This document shows positions 38,142-47,864 of a DNA stretch of 51,129 nt, one piece after another. The notes beneath the pieces were generated by a model. That model did not search any database and was not told the origin of the DNA. It saw only the letters and a list, made by a program, of their open reading frames with translations. Positions within the stretch are counted from its first letter, which is position 1, and each line of letters begins with the position of its first letter. The position numbers and the translations under genes are program-made. The DNA is taken from assembly GCA_046485285.1 (NCBI GenBank), contig JAWOHE010000010.1:1-51129 (forward strand), read 5' to 3'. This DNA comes from a bacterium. Its GTDB lineage: Bacteria; Hydrothermota; Tepidihabitantia; Tepidihabitantales; Tepidihabitantaceae.

Positions 38142-38924
38142 TCAGGGAGTTAGACGTTCGCCGGCGAGTTTCGCCTCGGTCGAGCCCGGGTATTTCTCGA
38201 CGACCGCCTCGAACTGGCGCCGGGCGGCGTCGGGCCGGTTCTGGGCGAGGTAGACGAGCCCGAGCTTGTAGGTCGCGGCCGGCACCTTATTGCCGGCCGG
38301 GTAGCGGATGAGCACCTTCTTGAACTCCTCCTCGGACCGGTTGAGCTCGCCCATCGAGTAATAGCACTCGCCGATCCAGTACTGGGCGTTGTCCGCCATC
38401 TCCGAGTCCGGGAAGAGCTGGATGAACTGCTCGAAGCCGGCGATCGCGACCTGGTGCTTGCCGCGGGTGAAGTCGAGGTAGGCGGTGTTGTAGAGCTGGT
38501 CCGGGTCGATGCCAGTTCGGACGGTGTCGGGCCGGACCGGCGTCGTGTCCGGCACTGCGACGAACTCGCCCGGCAGCGCGGAGTCGACCTCGTCCGGGAC
38601 CGCCGCGGTCTGCCAGACCCCGAGCCGGCGCCCGATCCGCGCGAGCCGCTCGTTCAGGTCGATGAGCCGTGCGTCGAGCGCCGCCAGCTCGGACTGGATC
38701 CGGGCAATCTCGGCGAGCTGCTGGGCGTGGAGCGCGCCCTGCCGGGTCTGCTCCCGCTCGATCCGGTCGTTCCGGACCGCGAGCGAGTCGAGCACGACGC
38801 CCTGGCGGACCAACTCGGAGTGCAGGCCGCAGCCCGGCAAGAAAGCCGTGACTGCCAGCAGCCCGGCCAGTACGGCACAGCCGCCCAACGCCGCCCGGCG
38901 CAGGCTACCGGCAGTCACGGTCAA
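38142..38924 (-). CDS. cpoB: CpoB/YbgF TPR protein
   Basis: Signal with lipobox-like PGC, coiled coil, A.NAQYWIGECYY, YP.GNK.P.A.YKLG. Confidence 0.88.
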   Translation of the reverse strand: MTVTAGSLRRAALGGCAVLAGLLAVTAFLPGCGLHSELVRQGVVLDSLAVRNDRIEREQTRQGALHAQQLAEIARIQSELAALDARLIDLNERLARIGRRLGVWQTAAVPDEVDSALPGEFVAVPDTTPVRPDTVRTGIDPDQLYNTAYLDFTRGKHQVAIAGFEQFIQLFPDSEMADNAQYWIGECYYSMGELNRSEEEFKKVLIRYPAGNKVPAATYKLGLVYLAQNRPDAARRQFEAVVEKYPGSTEAKLAGERLTP

Positions 38925-38943
38925 CAGTCAAACCAGCGGTCGG

Positions 38944-39432
38944 CTACTTCGGAAGCTCGACCTTGAACTCGGCCCGGCGGTTGAGCTGGAACTGGGTCTC
39001 GTCGTTGGTAACCAGCTTCTCCTCGCCGTAGCTGATCGTCATCAACTGGGTCGCGGGCACGCCCAGCTTGACCAGGAACGCCTTGGCCGACTCGGCCCGT
39101 CGCATCCCCAGCGCCATGTTGTACTCGGCCGTGCCGACCGGGTCGCAGTGGCCCTCGATCATCACCTGCGGCTTGACGCGGGCCTCGTTGACGATGCGGG
39201 CATTGGCCTCGAGCGTCCTCGCGTCACCCGAACGGATGTCGGAGCGGTCGAAGTCGAAGTAGATTGTCGTCAGGTTGATCCTGACCGGCTCGGGCTCGGG
39301 CTCGACAACCGGCTCGGGCTCGGGCTCGACTATCGGCTCCGGCGCGACAACCTGCTTCTTCGGGCAGCCGAGCGTCGTGACGAGCAGTCCGACGCCGACC
39401 AGCACCATAACCAGCCTGATGGCATTCTTCAT
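38944..39432 (-). CDS. pal: Pal/OmpA-family lipoprotein, copy 1
   Basis: Lipobox TLGC, IYFDFD.S.I, EGHCD..GT.EYN.ALG.RRA, SYGEE, NRRAEF. Confidence 0.9.
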   Translation of the reverse strand: MKNAIRLVMVLVGVGLLVTTLGCPKKQVVAPEPIVEPEPEPVVEPEPEPVRINLTTIYFDFDRSDIRSGDARTLEANARIVNEARVKPQVMIEGHCDPVGTAEYNMALGMRRAESAKAFLVKLGVPATQLMTISYGEEKLVTNDETQFQLNRRAEFKVELPK

Positions 39433-39479
39433 CTATCTGTCCTTCCTGGCTCGCCGCTCCCGCGGTTCACCGTATGGTT

Positions 39480-40016
39480 CTACCTGACTGGAACCTTGAA
39501 CTCAGCCCGGCGGTTCTTCTCGTACTGCGCCGGGTCATTCGTGACCAGCTGCTCCTCGCCGTAGCTGACGGTGGAGAGCTGGGTCGCGGGGATGCCCATC
39601 TTGACCAGGAACGCCTTGGCCGACTCGGCCCGCCGCATCCCCAGCGCCATGTTGTATTCGGCCGTGCCCATCGGGTCGCAGTGGCCCTCGACCGAAACCT
39701 GGAGCGCGGTTCCCGTCGCGCCCGCGTCCTTTATGTAGCGGGCGTTGGCCTCGAGGATACGCGCATCACCGGGCCGGATTTCCGACCGGTCATAGTCGAA
39801 GTAGACCGTCGCGAGCCCGTCCGACGAACCCGGTTCGCCCGGCTCGCCAAACTCACCCGGCTCGCCGAAGTCGCCGCTCATGTCGCGCAAGGCCTCGGGC
39901 GGCGGCGGCGGCGGAATCGGCTCCTCCGGCCGGACGCACTTCTTGGGACAGCCGAGCATCGATAGCAGCAGCCCGACCCCGATGACCAGCGTGAACAGCC
40001 TGGCAGAGTTCTTCAT
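39480..40016 (-). CDS. pal: Pal/OmpA-family lipoprotein, copy 2
   Basis: Lipobox MLGC and the same OmpA-domain motifs; GE(P/F) repeat linker. Confidence 0.9.
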   Translation of the reverse strand: MKNSARLFTLVIGVGLLLSMLGCPKKCVRPEEPIPPPPPPEALRDMSGDFGEPGEFGEPGEPGSSDGLATVYFDYDRSEIRPGDARILEANARYIKDAGATGTALQVSVEGHCDPMGTAEYNMALGMRRAESAKAFLVKMGIPATQLSTVSYGEEQLVTNDPAQYEKNRRAEFKVPVR

Positions 40017-40115
40017 CTGCTTCCTCCTTGGATTCGACCGTTACTCCTATGCCGTTATGCATTGGCCACTTGAACTTAACTGTCGGCCTCCGGCCGGCAA
40101 TCTTAGCGCTCCTGT

Positions 40116-40234
40116 AATCTAGCCGCGAACCCGCTCAGTGTCAAGTGCTGAGTTGGACGCCGGACCGGCTAATCACGTTTCGTGTTGATGTTCGAGCCCG
40201 CCCGGCTTGACCGTCAGCCGCGCCCGGCTACTAT
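40116..40234. promoter_or_regulatory. divergent sigma70-type promoters (pal operon / XRE operon)
   Basis: (-) TTGACA(40144-40139)-N17-TAGATT; (+) TTGACC(40207)-N16-TACTAT. Confidence 0.6.
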
Positions 40235-40256
40235 CTAGCCCGAACTAGACACACCT

Positions 40257-40934
40257 ATGGGTCGCCTCAAGCGTGAAAGCCTGACCGGTCTCGCCGAATT
40301 CGGCGCCCGGCTGCGCGCGCTCCGCGAGCAGGCCGGGCTGTCGCAGATGAAGGTCGCCGAGTTGATGGGCTTCAACCCGACCCACGGCTACAAGTACATC
40401 ATCAAGCTCGAGAAGGGCACCGTGCCAAACCCGACCCTGCGGACCGTCGTCGGCTTCCTCGAGGTCTGCGGCGCCGACTGGGCCGACATCGCCGCCGCCC
40501 TGCCCCACGCCGGCTACAAGTCCGGCGCCCGTCCCCGGCCCGCGCCCGGCAAGGTCCCCGAGCCGGAGCCTGCCCCGCCGCCCAAATCCAGGCCCCGCGA
40601 CCCCCGCCCGCTCCGGGTCCGCCTGCGCGCCGAGCGCATCGCCGAGCGCGAGCGCCTGACGCAGGCGCTCTACGGCGCGGTCGCCCGCGCCGAGGTCGCG
40701 GTCACCCGGCTGCTCCGCGAGCGACGCCTCCTGTCGAGCGAGCACCGCCGCTACCTCGCGCTCGTCCGGCCCTGCTGCACGTTGCTCCAGTCCCTCGCGC
40801 AGGCCCGACCCCGCGCGGTCGAGAACGAGATCGGCCGGTTCGTCGCGCCCGCGCTCGCGGCCGGCCTCGACCGCGCGCTCGTCGAGGCAATCATCCGGCT
40901 CTGCCGCGAGAGCGTGGCGGCGTCCGGGACGTGA
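40257..40934 (+). CDS. XRE-family helix-turn-helix protein
   Basis: FGARLRALREQAGLSQ..VAELMG...KLEKG...NPTLRTV; paralog of 17673-18548. Confidence 0.85.
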   Translation: MGRLKRESLTGLAEFGARLRALREQAGLSQMKVAELMGFNPTHGYKYIIKLEKGTVPNPTLRTVVGFLEVCGADWADIAAALPHAGYKSGARPRPAPGKVPEPEPAPPPKSRPRDPRPLRVRLRAERIAERERLTQALYGAVARAEVAVTRLLRERRLLSSEHRRYLALVRPCCTLLQSLAQARPRAVENEIGRFVAPALAAGLDRALVEAIIRLCRESVAASGT

Positions 40935-43744
40935 TCACGGCACCGGGCCTCGCGCTCGCGCTCCTGCTCACCGCCGCCCCGGGCGGGCTCGTGGTCTGCT
41001 ACGAAATTGACTGCGCGCTCGACGAGTCGGCGCGCGCGGTCGCCGGCCGCCAGTCGGTCGTCGTCCGCAACGACGCCGGCGAGCCGCTGACCGGGCTCTG
41101 GTTCCACCTCCACCCCCGCGCCTTCGGCGGCCGTAACACGACGCTCGCCCGCGAGCTCGCGTCGATGAAGAACTTCGAGCTGGCCTGGGCCGAGCCGCCC
41201 GAACTTGGCGACCTCAGCATCGACGGTCTGCTCGTCGACGGCCGCGCCCCGGCCGAAACCCTCCTCCACGAGACCGAGCTCGAGGTCCGGCTCGCGGCGC
41301 CGCTCCAGCCCGGCGACTCGGTCAGGGTCGAGTTCAGCTTCACGACCATCCTGCCCGGCTTCTTCCTTCCCGGCCTCGGCCGGCGCGGCCGGTTCGTCTT
41401 CCTCGACCACTGGCATCCCCAGCTCGCCGCCTGGCGCGGCCGCTGGCATATCGAGGGCGTCCACCCGGCCGGGCTCGCGCCCGCCCAGGTCGCCGACTAC
41501 GATGTCTCGCTGACCCTGCCCGGCGACCTCGCGGTTGCCGCCACCGGCCGACAGGTCGAACCCGACCCGGACGCCGAACTGGCCCGGCTCGCCTGGCCGC
41601 CCGGCACCGGGCCGCGTCGGGACGCATCGCCGCGCCGCCACCGCTTCCGCTCCCGGCAGGTCGCCGGCTTCGCGCTGGCGCTCAGCCCGGACCTCGTCGT
41701 CGAGCGCGTCACCGCGTCCGGGGTGGCTGTTGACGTCTTCACCCGCGAGCGCAACCGCGGTGCCTGGCGCGACGTTCCCGGTCAGGCCGCCGCGATCGTC
41801 GAGGCCTACTCCGGCTGGTACGGCCCGCCGCCGCTCGATCGCATCGCGGTCGTCGATGCGACCGGCATCCTGCCCGCCGACGCCAGCGCGCCCGGCCTTG
41901 TCCTGCTCAGCCAGCGGCCGCTCCCGCTCACCCGGCTCGCCGAGCGCGCGCTCGCCCGCCGGCTCGCGTTCCAGTGGTTCGCCCCGGCCGGCGCGCCCGA
42001 CCCGCTCGGCTCGTCCTGGCTCGTCGCCGGCCCGGCGGTCTTCAGCCAGGTCCGCTACCTCGAGGAGCGCTACGGCCCGTCCAACCTTCTCGACCTGCCC
42101 TTCGCCGGGCCGCTCGCCGGGCTCGGCGACGACTGGTACAATCGCCTGCTCTACTACCTCGCCGCCTCGAACCGGGCGCTCGGCTCGCTCGCGGAACCGA
42201 GATTCGACTACACGACCAACCCGCTCAGCTACTCCGACTCGCGCTACGCCCAGGCCGGCGGATTCTGCCAGATGCTCCAGCGCCGCGTCGGCGCGCCCGG
42301 ATTCGACCGCGCGCTTCGCGCCTGGGTCGGCCGGGCCGACCGCTCCGCCGCCCCCGAGTCGACGCTCATCGCCGCCTGCTCGGACGCGGCCGGCCGCGAC
42401 CTCGACTGGCTCTTCGACCGCTGGCTTCCCGCGGTCGAGCCCTGCGACTACGCGCTCGTCGGCGCGCGGCGCCGCGGCGACGAGCACCGGGTCGGCATCC
42501 GCCGCGTCGGTGGCATCACGATGCCGGTTGAGCTCGAGCTCGCCTTCGCCGACGGCACCCGGGTGCGCCGCGACTGGTCCGGCGAGTCGGCCGCCGGCGC
42601 TGTCGCGGTCAGCCACCCGGCGCGGCTCAGCTCGGTCACCCTCGACCCGGACCGCCGGCTCTTCGAAATCGACCGCTGGAACAACCACTGGCCGCGCCGG
42701 GTCACCATCGACCCGGTCTTTGCCCTGCCCAGTTTCGAGGCCTACCAGCTCTTCTACGGTCCGTACCCGTGGTATGACGACTACCACGGACTCCAGCTCG
42801 GCGCTTGGCTCCAGGGCCGGCAGTTCATCGAGTCCGGCCCCCTGCGCGGCCGCCACGCCTGGGGCGCAAGCCTCTCCCGCGCCTTCAGGCTCAACGACTG
42901 GCAGACCAGCGTCGACTACGCCACCCCCCTGCCGGTGCTCTCGGAGCGGCTCCGCTTCCTCGGCATCGCGCGCTACTCGCCCCGCATCGCGACCGTCGAG
43001 TGCCAGCTCGAGCAGGGCCTGAGCCCGGTCCTGCGCCAGGACGGCGCGACCATCCAGCTCCGGTGGCTGCTCACCGCCCTGACGGACACGGTCGCCCGCG
43101 ACCCGCGCGCCTGGGAGCGCGCCCGCACCGCCGAACTCAAGCTCGCCTTCCTCCACACCACCGAGTCGCGCCAGCTCAAGCAGACCGGCGCGGTCGGCCT
43201 CGGCTGGGGCAGCCGCGCGCTCGGCGGCGAGTACGACTTCGGCCGGGCGAGCGTCGAGCAGTTTGCCGCCCTCCGCTTCGGCCGCACCCGCGCGGTCAGC
43301 GTCCGCCTCTTCGCCGGCGGCGTCGCCGGCTCGGTGCCGCTCCAGAATCGGGTCTACCTCTCCGGCGGGCTCGTCGCGACGCCGTCCGAGCCCGCGACCT
43401 GGGCCTACCAGGGTCCGGCTTCGGGCCAGGAGAACTGGCACTACACCGCCGACGTCAACTGCCGCGGTTGGGCCGGCGAGTACCTCGCCGGCCGCTGGGG
43501 TTGGGGCGCGAACTTCCACCTCGGGCTCGTCCCGTTCGTCCAGCCCTTCCTCGACGTCGGCAATGTCGCCGACTCGCCGCTCGCGCCCGGGCTCCTCCGC
43601 CCGCGGGTCGACGCCGGAGTCCGGTTCAAGCTCTCCTGGCTCTATGCCGACTTCCCGGTCTGGCGCTGGGAGCCTGGGACCGACGGCGAGTTCATCTTCA
43701 AGTGGATGATCGGCCTCAACCTCGCCGGCCTCGGCGACTTCTGA
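40931..43744 (+). CDS. M1-aminopeptidase-like protein lacking the zinc motif, fused to a probable outer-membrane beta-barrel
   Basis: N-terminal M1-like features (WHPQLA, ADYDVSLTLP, FQWF, LDWLFDRW, MPVEL, LDPD..L.EID..NN); amphipathic strands and terminal Phe at the C-terminus. Confidence 0.72.
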   Translation: MITAPGLALALLLTAAPGGLVVCYEIDCALDESARAVAGRQSVVVRNDAGEPLTGLWFHLHPRAFGGRNTTLARELASMKNFELAWAEPPELGDLSIDGLLVDGRAPAETLLHETELEVRLAAPLQPGDSVRVEFSFTTILPGFFLPGLGRRGRFVFLDHWHPQLAAWRGRWHIEGVHPAGLAPAQVADYDVSLTLPGDLAVAATGRQVEPDPDAELARLAWPPGTGPRRDASPRRHRFRSRQVAGFALALSPDLVVERVTASGVAVDVFTRERNRGAWRDVPGQAAAIVEAYSGWYGPPPLDRIAVVDATGILPADASAPGLVLLSQRPLPLTRLAERALARRLAFQWFAPAGAPDPLGSSWLVAGPAVFSQVRYLEERYGPSNLLDLPFAGPLAGLGDDWYNRLLYYLAASNRALGSLAEPRFDYTTNPLSYSDSRYAQAGGFCQMLQRRVGAPGFDRALRAWVGRADRSAAPESTLIAACSDAAGRDLDWLFDRWLPAVEPCDYALVGARRRGDEHRVGIRRVGGITMPVELELAFADGTRVRRDWSGESAAGAVAVSHPARLSSVTLDPDRRLFEIDRWNNHWPRRVTIDPVFALPSFEAYQLFYGPYPWYDDYHGLQLGAWLQGRQFIESGPLRGRHAWGASLSRAFRLNDWQTSVDYATPLPVLSERLRFLGIARYSPRIATVECQLEQGLSPVLRQDGATIQLRWLLTALTDTVARDPRAWERARTAELKLAFLHTTESRQLKQTGAVGLGWGSRALGGEYDFGRASVEQFAALRFGRTRAVSVRLFAGGVAGSVPLQNRVYLSGGLVATPSEPATWAYQGPASGQENWHYTADVNCRGWAGEYLAGRWGWGANFHLGLVPFVQPFLDVGNVADSPLAPGLLRPRVDAGVRFKLSWLYADFPVWRWEPGTDGEFIFKWMIGLNLAGLGDF

Positions 43745-43745
43745 C

Positions 43746-45026
43746 GTGGCCGGGCGCAACCCGAACGGGAACGGGACCGAGTCCGGCAACCCGCTGCTGC
43801 GGTTCTTCACCGGCGGCCTCTTGCCCCGCACCTTCGCCGCCCTGCGCACCCGCAACTTCCGGCTCTACTGGTTCGGCAACGCCGTCTCGCTCACCGGCAC
43901 CTGGATGCAGAACGTCGCCCGCGGCTGGCTCGTCCTCCAGCTCACCAACTCGCCCTTCCTCGTCGGACTCGAAACCAGCATCACCTGGCTCCCCGCCCTG
44001 CTCATCTCGCTGCCGGCCGGCGTCCTCGCCGACCGCGTCAACAAGCGCAACCTGCTCATCGTCACCCAGGCCCTGCTCGCGGTCCTCGCCCTCGCCCTCG
44101 CCATCCTCTACTGGACCGGGGTCATCCGCATCGGCCACATCCTCGTCATCTCCGCGCTCGCCGGGACGGTCGCCGCGGTCGAGTCGCCGGTCCGGCTCGC
44201 CATCGTCCCCGAGCTCGTCGGCCGGGGCCGGGTCCTCAACGCGATCGCGCTCAACTCCGCGATCTTCAACGCCGCCCGCATCATCGGCCCGTCGATCGCC
44301 GGCGTCGCGCTCGGCGCGATCGGCGCCGGCGGCTGCTTCGCGGTCAACAGCGCGAGCTTCCTCGCCATCATCGTCGCGCTCGGCTTCGTCCGGCTCGACC
44401 ACGTCCCGCCCGTGCCGACCGGCGAGACGGTCTGGCAGCGCATCGTCGCCGGCCTGCGCTACGTCGGCGGCCACCCCGACATCCGGGTGCTGATGGTGAT
44501 GATCGCGGTCTTCTCCAGCTTCGGCATCGTCTACCTGCCGCTGATGCCGGTCTTCGCCCGCGACGTCTTCGGCGCCGGCCCGGGCGGCTACGGCGTGATG
44601 ATGGCCAGCCTCGGCGTCGGCGCGCTCGCCGGCGTCCTCGTCCTCGCGACGATCAGCCACACCCGCCACCGCGGCCGCATCCTCGTCGCCGGCACCGCGC
44701 TCCTCGGCCTGCTTCTCATCGTCTTCGGCCTCGTCCGCGACTTCAGGACCGGCACGCTCGTCCTCGTCGCGCTCGGCTTCTGCCAGAGCTCGGTCGCCTC
44801 GCTGACCAACAGCATCATCCAGGAACTCGCGCCCGACGCCTATCGCGGCCGGGTGATGAGCGTCTTCGCACTCAGCTTCAACGGTGTCTACCCGCTCGGC
44901 AGCTTCCTCGCCGGCGCCATCGCCCAGCGCTTCGGCGCGCCGGTCTCGGCGCTCGTCGGCGGCTGCGTGGTGCTGGTCAGCCTGGTCGTCGTCAACCTCG
45001 TCCACCCCGCCCTGCGCCGGCTCTAG
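43746..45026 (+). CDS. MFS transporter (DUF894/MFS_3-like)
   Basis: RNFRLYW.G..VS..GTWMQ, GVLADR, NAIALNS..FN.AR.IGP, RGRVMS; about 12 TM helices. Confidence 0.92.
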   Translation: MAGRNPNGNGTESGNPLLRFFTGGLLPRTFAALRTRNFRLYWFGNAVSLTGTWMQNVARGWLVLQLTNSPFLVGLETSITWLPALLISLPAGVLADRVNKRNLLIVTQALLAVLALALAILYWTGVIRIGHILVISALAGTVAAVESPVRLAIVPELVGRGRVLNAIALNSAIFNAARIIGPSIAGVALGAIGAGGCFAVNSASFLAIIVALGFVRLDHVPPVPTGETVWQRIVAGLRYVGGHPDIRVLMVMIAVFSSFGIVYLPLMPVFARDVFGAGPGGYGVMMASLGVGALAGVLVLATISHTRHRGRILVAGTALLGLLLIVFGLVRDFRTGTLVLVALGFCQSSVASLTNSIIQELAPDAYRGRVMSVFALSFNGVYPLGSFLAGAIAQRFGAPVSALVGGCVVLVSLVVVNLVHPALRRL

Positions 45027-45040
45027 CCGGCGCCGGCCGG

Positions 45041-46072
45041 TCAGCCGAGGTCGAGCTCGGGCTGGCCGCCGCGCGCCCGCTTGCGGCCGAAGTGCTGGTA
45101 GGCCAGCGGGGTCGCGCACCGGCCGCGCGGGGTACGCTGGATGAAGCCCTCCTGGACCAGGAACGGCTCGTAGACCTCCTCGAGCGTCCCCGCGTCCTCG
45201 CCGACCGCGACCGCCAGCGTCGAGCCGCCGACCGGCCCGCCGCCGAACTTGTCGATGATCGTCAAGAGGATGCGCTTGTCCATGTCGTCCAGCCCGCGCA
45301 CGTCGACCTCGAGCTGGGCCAGCGCGTAGCGGGTAATCTCGACGTCCACCCGCTCCCGGCCCTCGACCTGCGCGAAGTCGCGCACCCGGCGCAGCAGCCG
45401 GTTGGCGATGCGCGGCGTGCCCCGCGCCCGGCCGGCGATCTCGAGCGCGCCGTCGTGGTCGACCGGCACGTCGAGAATCCGGGCCGCGCGCTCGACGATC
45501 CGGACAAGGTCCTCGGCCGGGTAGTAGTCGAGCCGGAACGACATCCCGAACCGCGCGCGCAGCGGCGCGGTCAGCAGGCCGGACCGGGTCGTCGCCCCGA
45601 CCAGCGTGAACCGGTTCAGCCCGATCCGCTCCGAGCGCGCGCCCGGCCCGCGGTCGATCATCACGTCGATGTTGTAGTCCTCGAGCGCCGGGTACAGGAA
45701 CTCCTCGACCGCCTTGTTGGTCCGGTGAATCTCGTCGATGAACAGCACGTCGCTCGCCGCGAGCCCGGTCAGGATGCCGGCGAGGTCAACCGGCCGCTCG
45801 AGGATCGGCCCGGAACTGCACCGGATGCGCGAGCCCATCTCGCCGGCGATGATGTGGGCGAGTGTCGTCTTCCCCAGCCCGGGCGGCCCGAACAGCAGCA
45901 CGTGCTCGAGCGGCTCGGCGCGCATCCGCGCCGCCTCGATGAAAACCCGCAGGTTCTCCTTCAGCCGCGACTGGCCGACGAACTCGTCGAGCCGGCGCGG
46001 ACGGATCTGCTCATCGAGCGCCTCCTCGCCGGTGAGCTGGCAGGGCGTAACCAGTCGCTCGGCCTCGCGCAC
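45041..46072 (-). CDS. ruvB: Holliday junction helicase RuvB
   Basis: [48 protein letters not shown]. Confidence 0.97.
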   Translation of the reverse strand: MREAERLVTPCQLTGEEALDEQIRPRRLDEFVGQSRLKENLRVFIEAARMRAEPLEHVLLFGPPGLGKTTLAHIIAGEMGSRIRCSSGPILERPVDLAGILTGLAASDVLFIDEIHRTNKAVEEFLYPALEDYNIDVMIDRGPGARSERIGLNRFTLVGATTRSGLLTAPLRARFGMSFRLDYYPAEDLVRIVERAARILDVPVDHDGALEIAGRARGTPRIANRLLRRVRDFAQVEGRERVDVEITRYALAQLEVDVRGLDDMDKRILLTIIDKFGGGPVGGSTLAVAVGEDAGTLEEVYEPFLVQEGFIQRTPRGRCATPLAYQHFGRKRARGGQPELDLG

Positions 46073-46073
46073 G

Positions 46074-46634
46074 CTAACCCTTCTGCGCGAGCGCCTGGCG
46101 CAGGACGGCCTGCAGGTCGAGCCCGGCCGCGGCCGGCACCCGGTCCAGCCGGGCCCGGGCTTCCTTCCGGGTCAGCCCGAGCGACACCAGCGCCGCCTCG
46201 GCATCGGCGAGCACCTCGCTCGCGACGCGCGGCGGCGGCGCCTTCTCGGCCAGCTCGCGCAGGACCCGCTCCGCCCGCTTCGGCCCGATGCCGGGCACGG
46301 TCCGGATGACGTCCTGCCGGCCGTTGGCAATCAGCTCGCGCACCTCGGCCGGGCTGAAACGCGACAGGATGTTGAGCCCGGCCTTCGGCCCGATGCCGGT
46401 GACCGACAGCAGCAGGCGGAAGGTGTCCCGCTCGTCCGGCTCCGCGAACCCGAACAGGTCCATCCCGTCCCGGGTCAGCCGCGGCACGACCAGCAGCGTC
46501 ACCGTCTCGCCCGCCGCGCCGAGGCGGTTCGAGGTCGAAAGCGGCACCCGGAGCTCGAAGCCGATGCCGTTGCAGTCCACCACCACCCGGGTCGGCTCCT
46601 TCTCGACCAGCCGGCCGGCGACAAGCGCGATCAT
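46074..46634 (-). CDS. ruvA: Holliday junction DNA-binding protein RuvA
   Basis: Start MIALVAG at 46634; two HhH motifs (GIGPK); C-terminal ALVSLG. Confidence 0.93.
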   Translation of the reverse strand: MIALVAGRLVEKEPTRVVVDCNGIGFELRVPLSTSNRLGAAGETVTLLVVPRLTRDGMDLFGFAEPDERDTFRLLLSVTGIGPKAGLNILSRFSPAEVRELIANGRQDVIRTVPGIGPKRAERVLRELAEKAPPPRVASEVLADAEAALVSLGLTRKEARARLDRVPAAAGLDLQAVLRQALAQKG

Positions 46635-47110
46635 CGCGCGAAGGCCGGGTGCAGCCGCCGGGCCAGGCACAGGGCCGCGGCCAGCGCGTCGGCCGCGTGC
46701 TCCGGCACCCGGTCGTCGAGCCCGAGCACACTCCGGACCATATAGTTCATCTGGGTCTTCGAGGCCCGGCCGCTGCCGGTCGTCGCGAGCTTGACCGTCG
46801 CGGGCGTGACCTCGGTCACCGGTACGCCCCGCCGGGCCAGCGTGTAGAGGATGACGCCCCGGCACTGGGCCGAGAGGATGACGCTTCGCGCCCCGCCGCC
46901 CTTGAAGAACAGCGACTCGAGCGCGCAGGCTTCGGGCTGGTGCCGGCGCACGACCCGCTCGAGCTCCCGGCCGAGCCGGAGCAGCCGGTCGCCGACCGGC
47001 TCGCCCGCCGCGGTCGTGATGACCCCGAACTCGACGACCCGCTCATCCTCCAACACCCCGTAGCCGCTCGCCCCGAGGCCCGGGTCGATGCCGAGGATTC
47101 TCGAAGGAAT
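46631..47110 (-). CDS. ruvC: Holliday junction resolvase RuvC (probable ATT start)
   Basis: RILGIDPG..GYGV, ALESLF, P.TVK..TG.G.ASK.Q, ADALAAALC. The N-terminal motif lies upstream of the first GTG. Confidence 0.9.
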   Translation of the reverse strand: MPSRILGIDPGLGASGYGVLEDERVVEFGVITTAAGEPVGDRLLRLGRELERVVRRHQPEACALESLFFKGGGARSVILSAQCRGVILYTLARRGVPVTEVTPATVKLATTGSGRASKTQMNYMVRSVLGLDDRVPEHAADALAAALCLARRLHPAFAR

Positions 47111-47111
47111 G

Positions 47112-47864
47112 TCAGTCCTGCGTGAGGCGCGCGAGGATGTCGTCCGGGATGTCGAAGTTGGCGTGGACCTGCTGGACCTCCTCGAGGTCCTCGAACATGT
47201 CGACCAGCTTCAGCGCCCGGGCCGCGTCCTTCTCGTTGAGCGTGACGGTGTTCGCCGCGATCTGGGTCATCTCGGCGCTCGTCCATGCGATGCCGGCCGC
47301 CTTCAGCCCGCGCTTGACTTCCTCGAGCCCCTCGACCGGCGTGATGACCGTGTAGCCGTCGTCGTCGGTCTGGACGTCGTCCGCGCCGGAGTCGAGCGCC
47401 ACCGACAGCACGGTGTCCTCGTCGGCCTTGTCCCGCGGGATGACGATCACGCCCTGGGGCTTGAACTGCCAGGCCACGCACCCGGCCGCGCCCATGTTCC
47501 CGCCGTACTTGTCGAAGACGTGCCGGATCTCGGCGATCGTCCGGTTCTTGTTATCGGTCAGCACCTTGACCAGCAGCGCGACCCCGCCCGGCCCGTAGCC
47601 CTCGTAGGTCACCTCTTCGTAGGACACCCCGGGCAGCTCGCCGGTGCCCTTCTTGATCGCGCGGTCGATGTTGTCGGCAGGCATGTTGATGGCGCGCGCC
47701 GACTCGACCGCGGTCCGCAGCCGCGGGTTGGCCTCGAGGTCGCCGCCGCCGATCCGGGCCGCGGTCGTGACTTCCCGGATGAGCTTCGAGAAGGCCTTGC
47801 CGCGCGCGGCGTCGGTCTTGGCCTTCTTGTGCTTGATGGTTGCCCATTTAGAATGACCAGACAT
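47112..47864 (-). CDS. yebC: YebC/PmpR family protein
   Basis: MSGHSKWATIKHKK, NPRLR, YEGYGPGG, TDNKNRT; SD AGGAGG; promoter TTGACA-N16-TAGAAT at 47901-47928. Confidence 0.96.
   Translation of the reverse strand: MSGHSKWATIKHKKAKTDAARGKAFSKLIREVTTAARIGGGDLEANPRLRTAVESARAINMPADNIDRAIKKGTGELPGVSYEEVTYEGYGPGGVALLVKVLTDNKNRTIAEIRHVFDKYGGNMGAAGCVAWQFKPQGVIVIPRDKADEDTVLSVALDSGADDVQTDDDGYTVITPVEGLEEVKRGLKAAGIAWTSAEMTQIAANTVTLNEKDAARALKLVDMFEDLEEVQQVHANFDIPDDILARLTQD

Noticed and set aside
47108-47120. Programmed +1 frameshift fusing YebC to RuvC at GAC-TGA-C
   Set aside because: It resembles prfB CTT-TGA-C only superficially. tRNA-Asp could not re-pair on ACT, so an ATT start is simpler.
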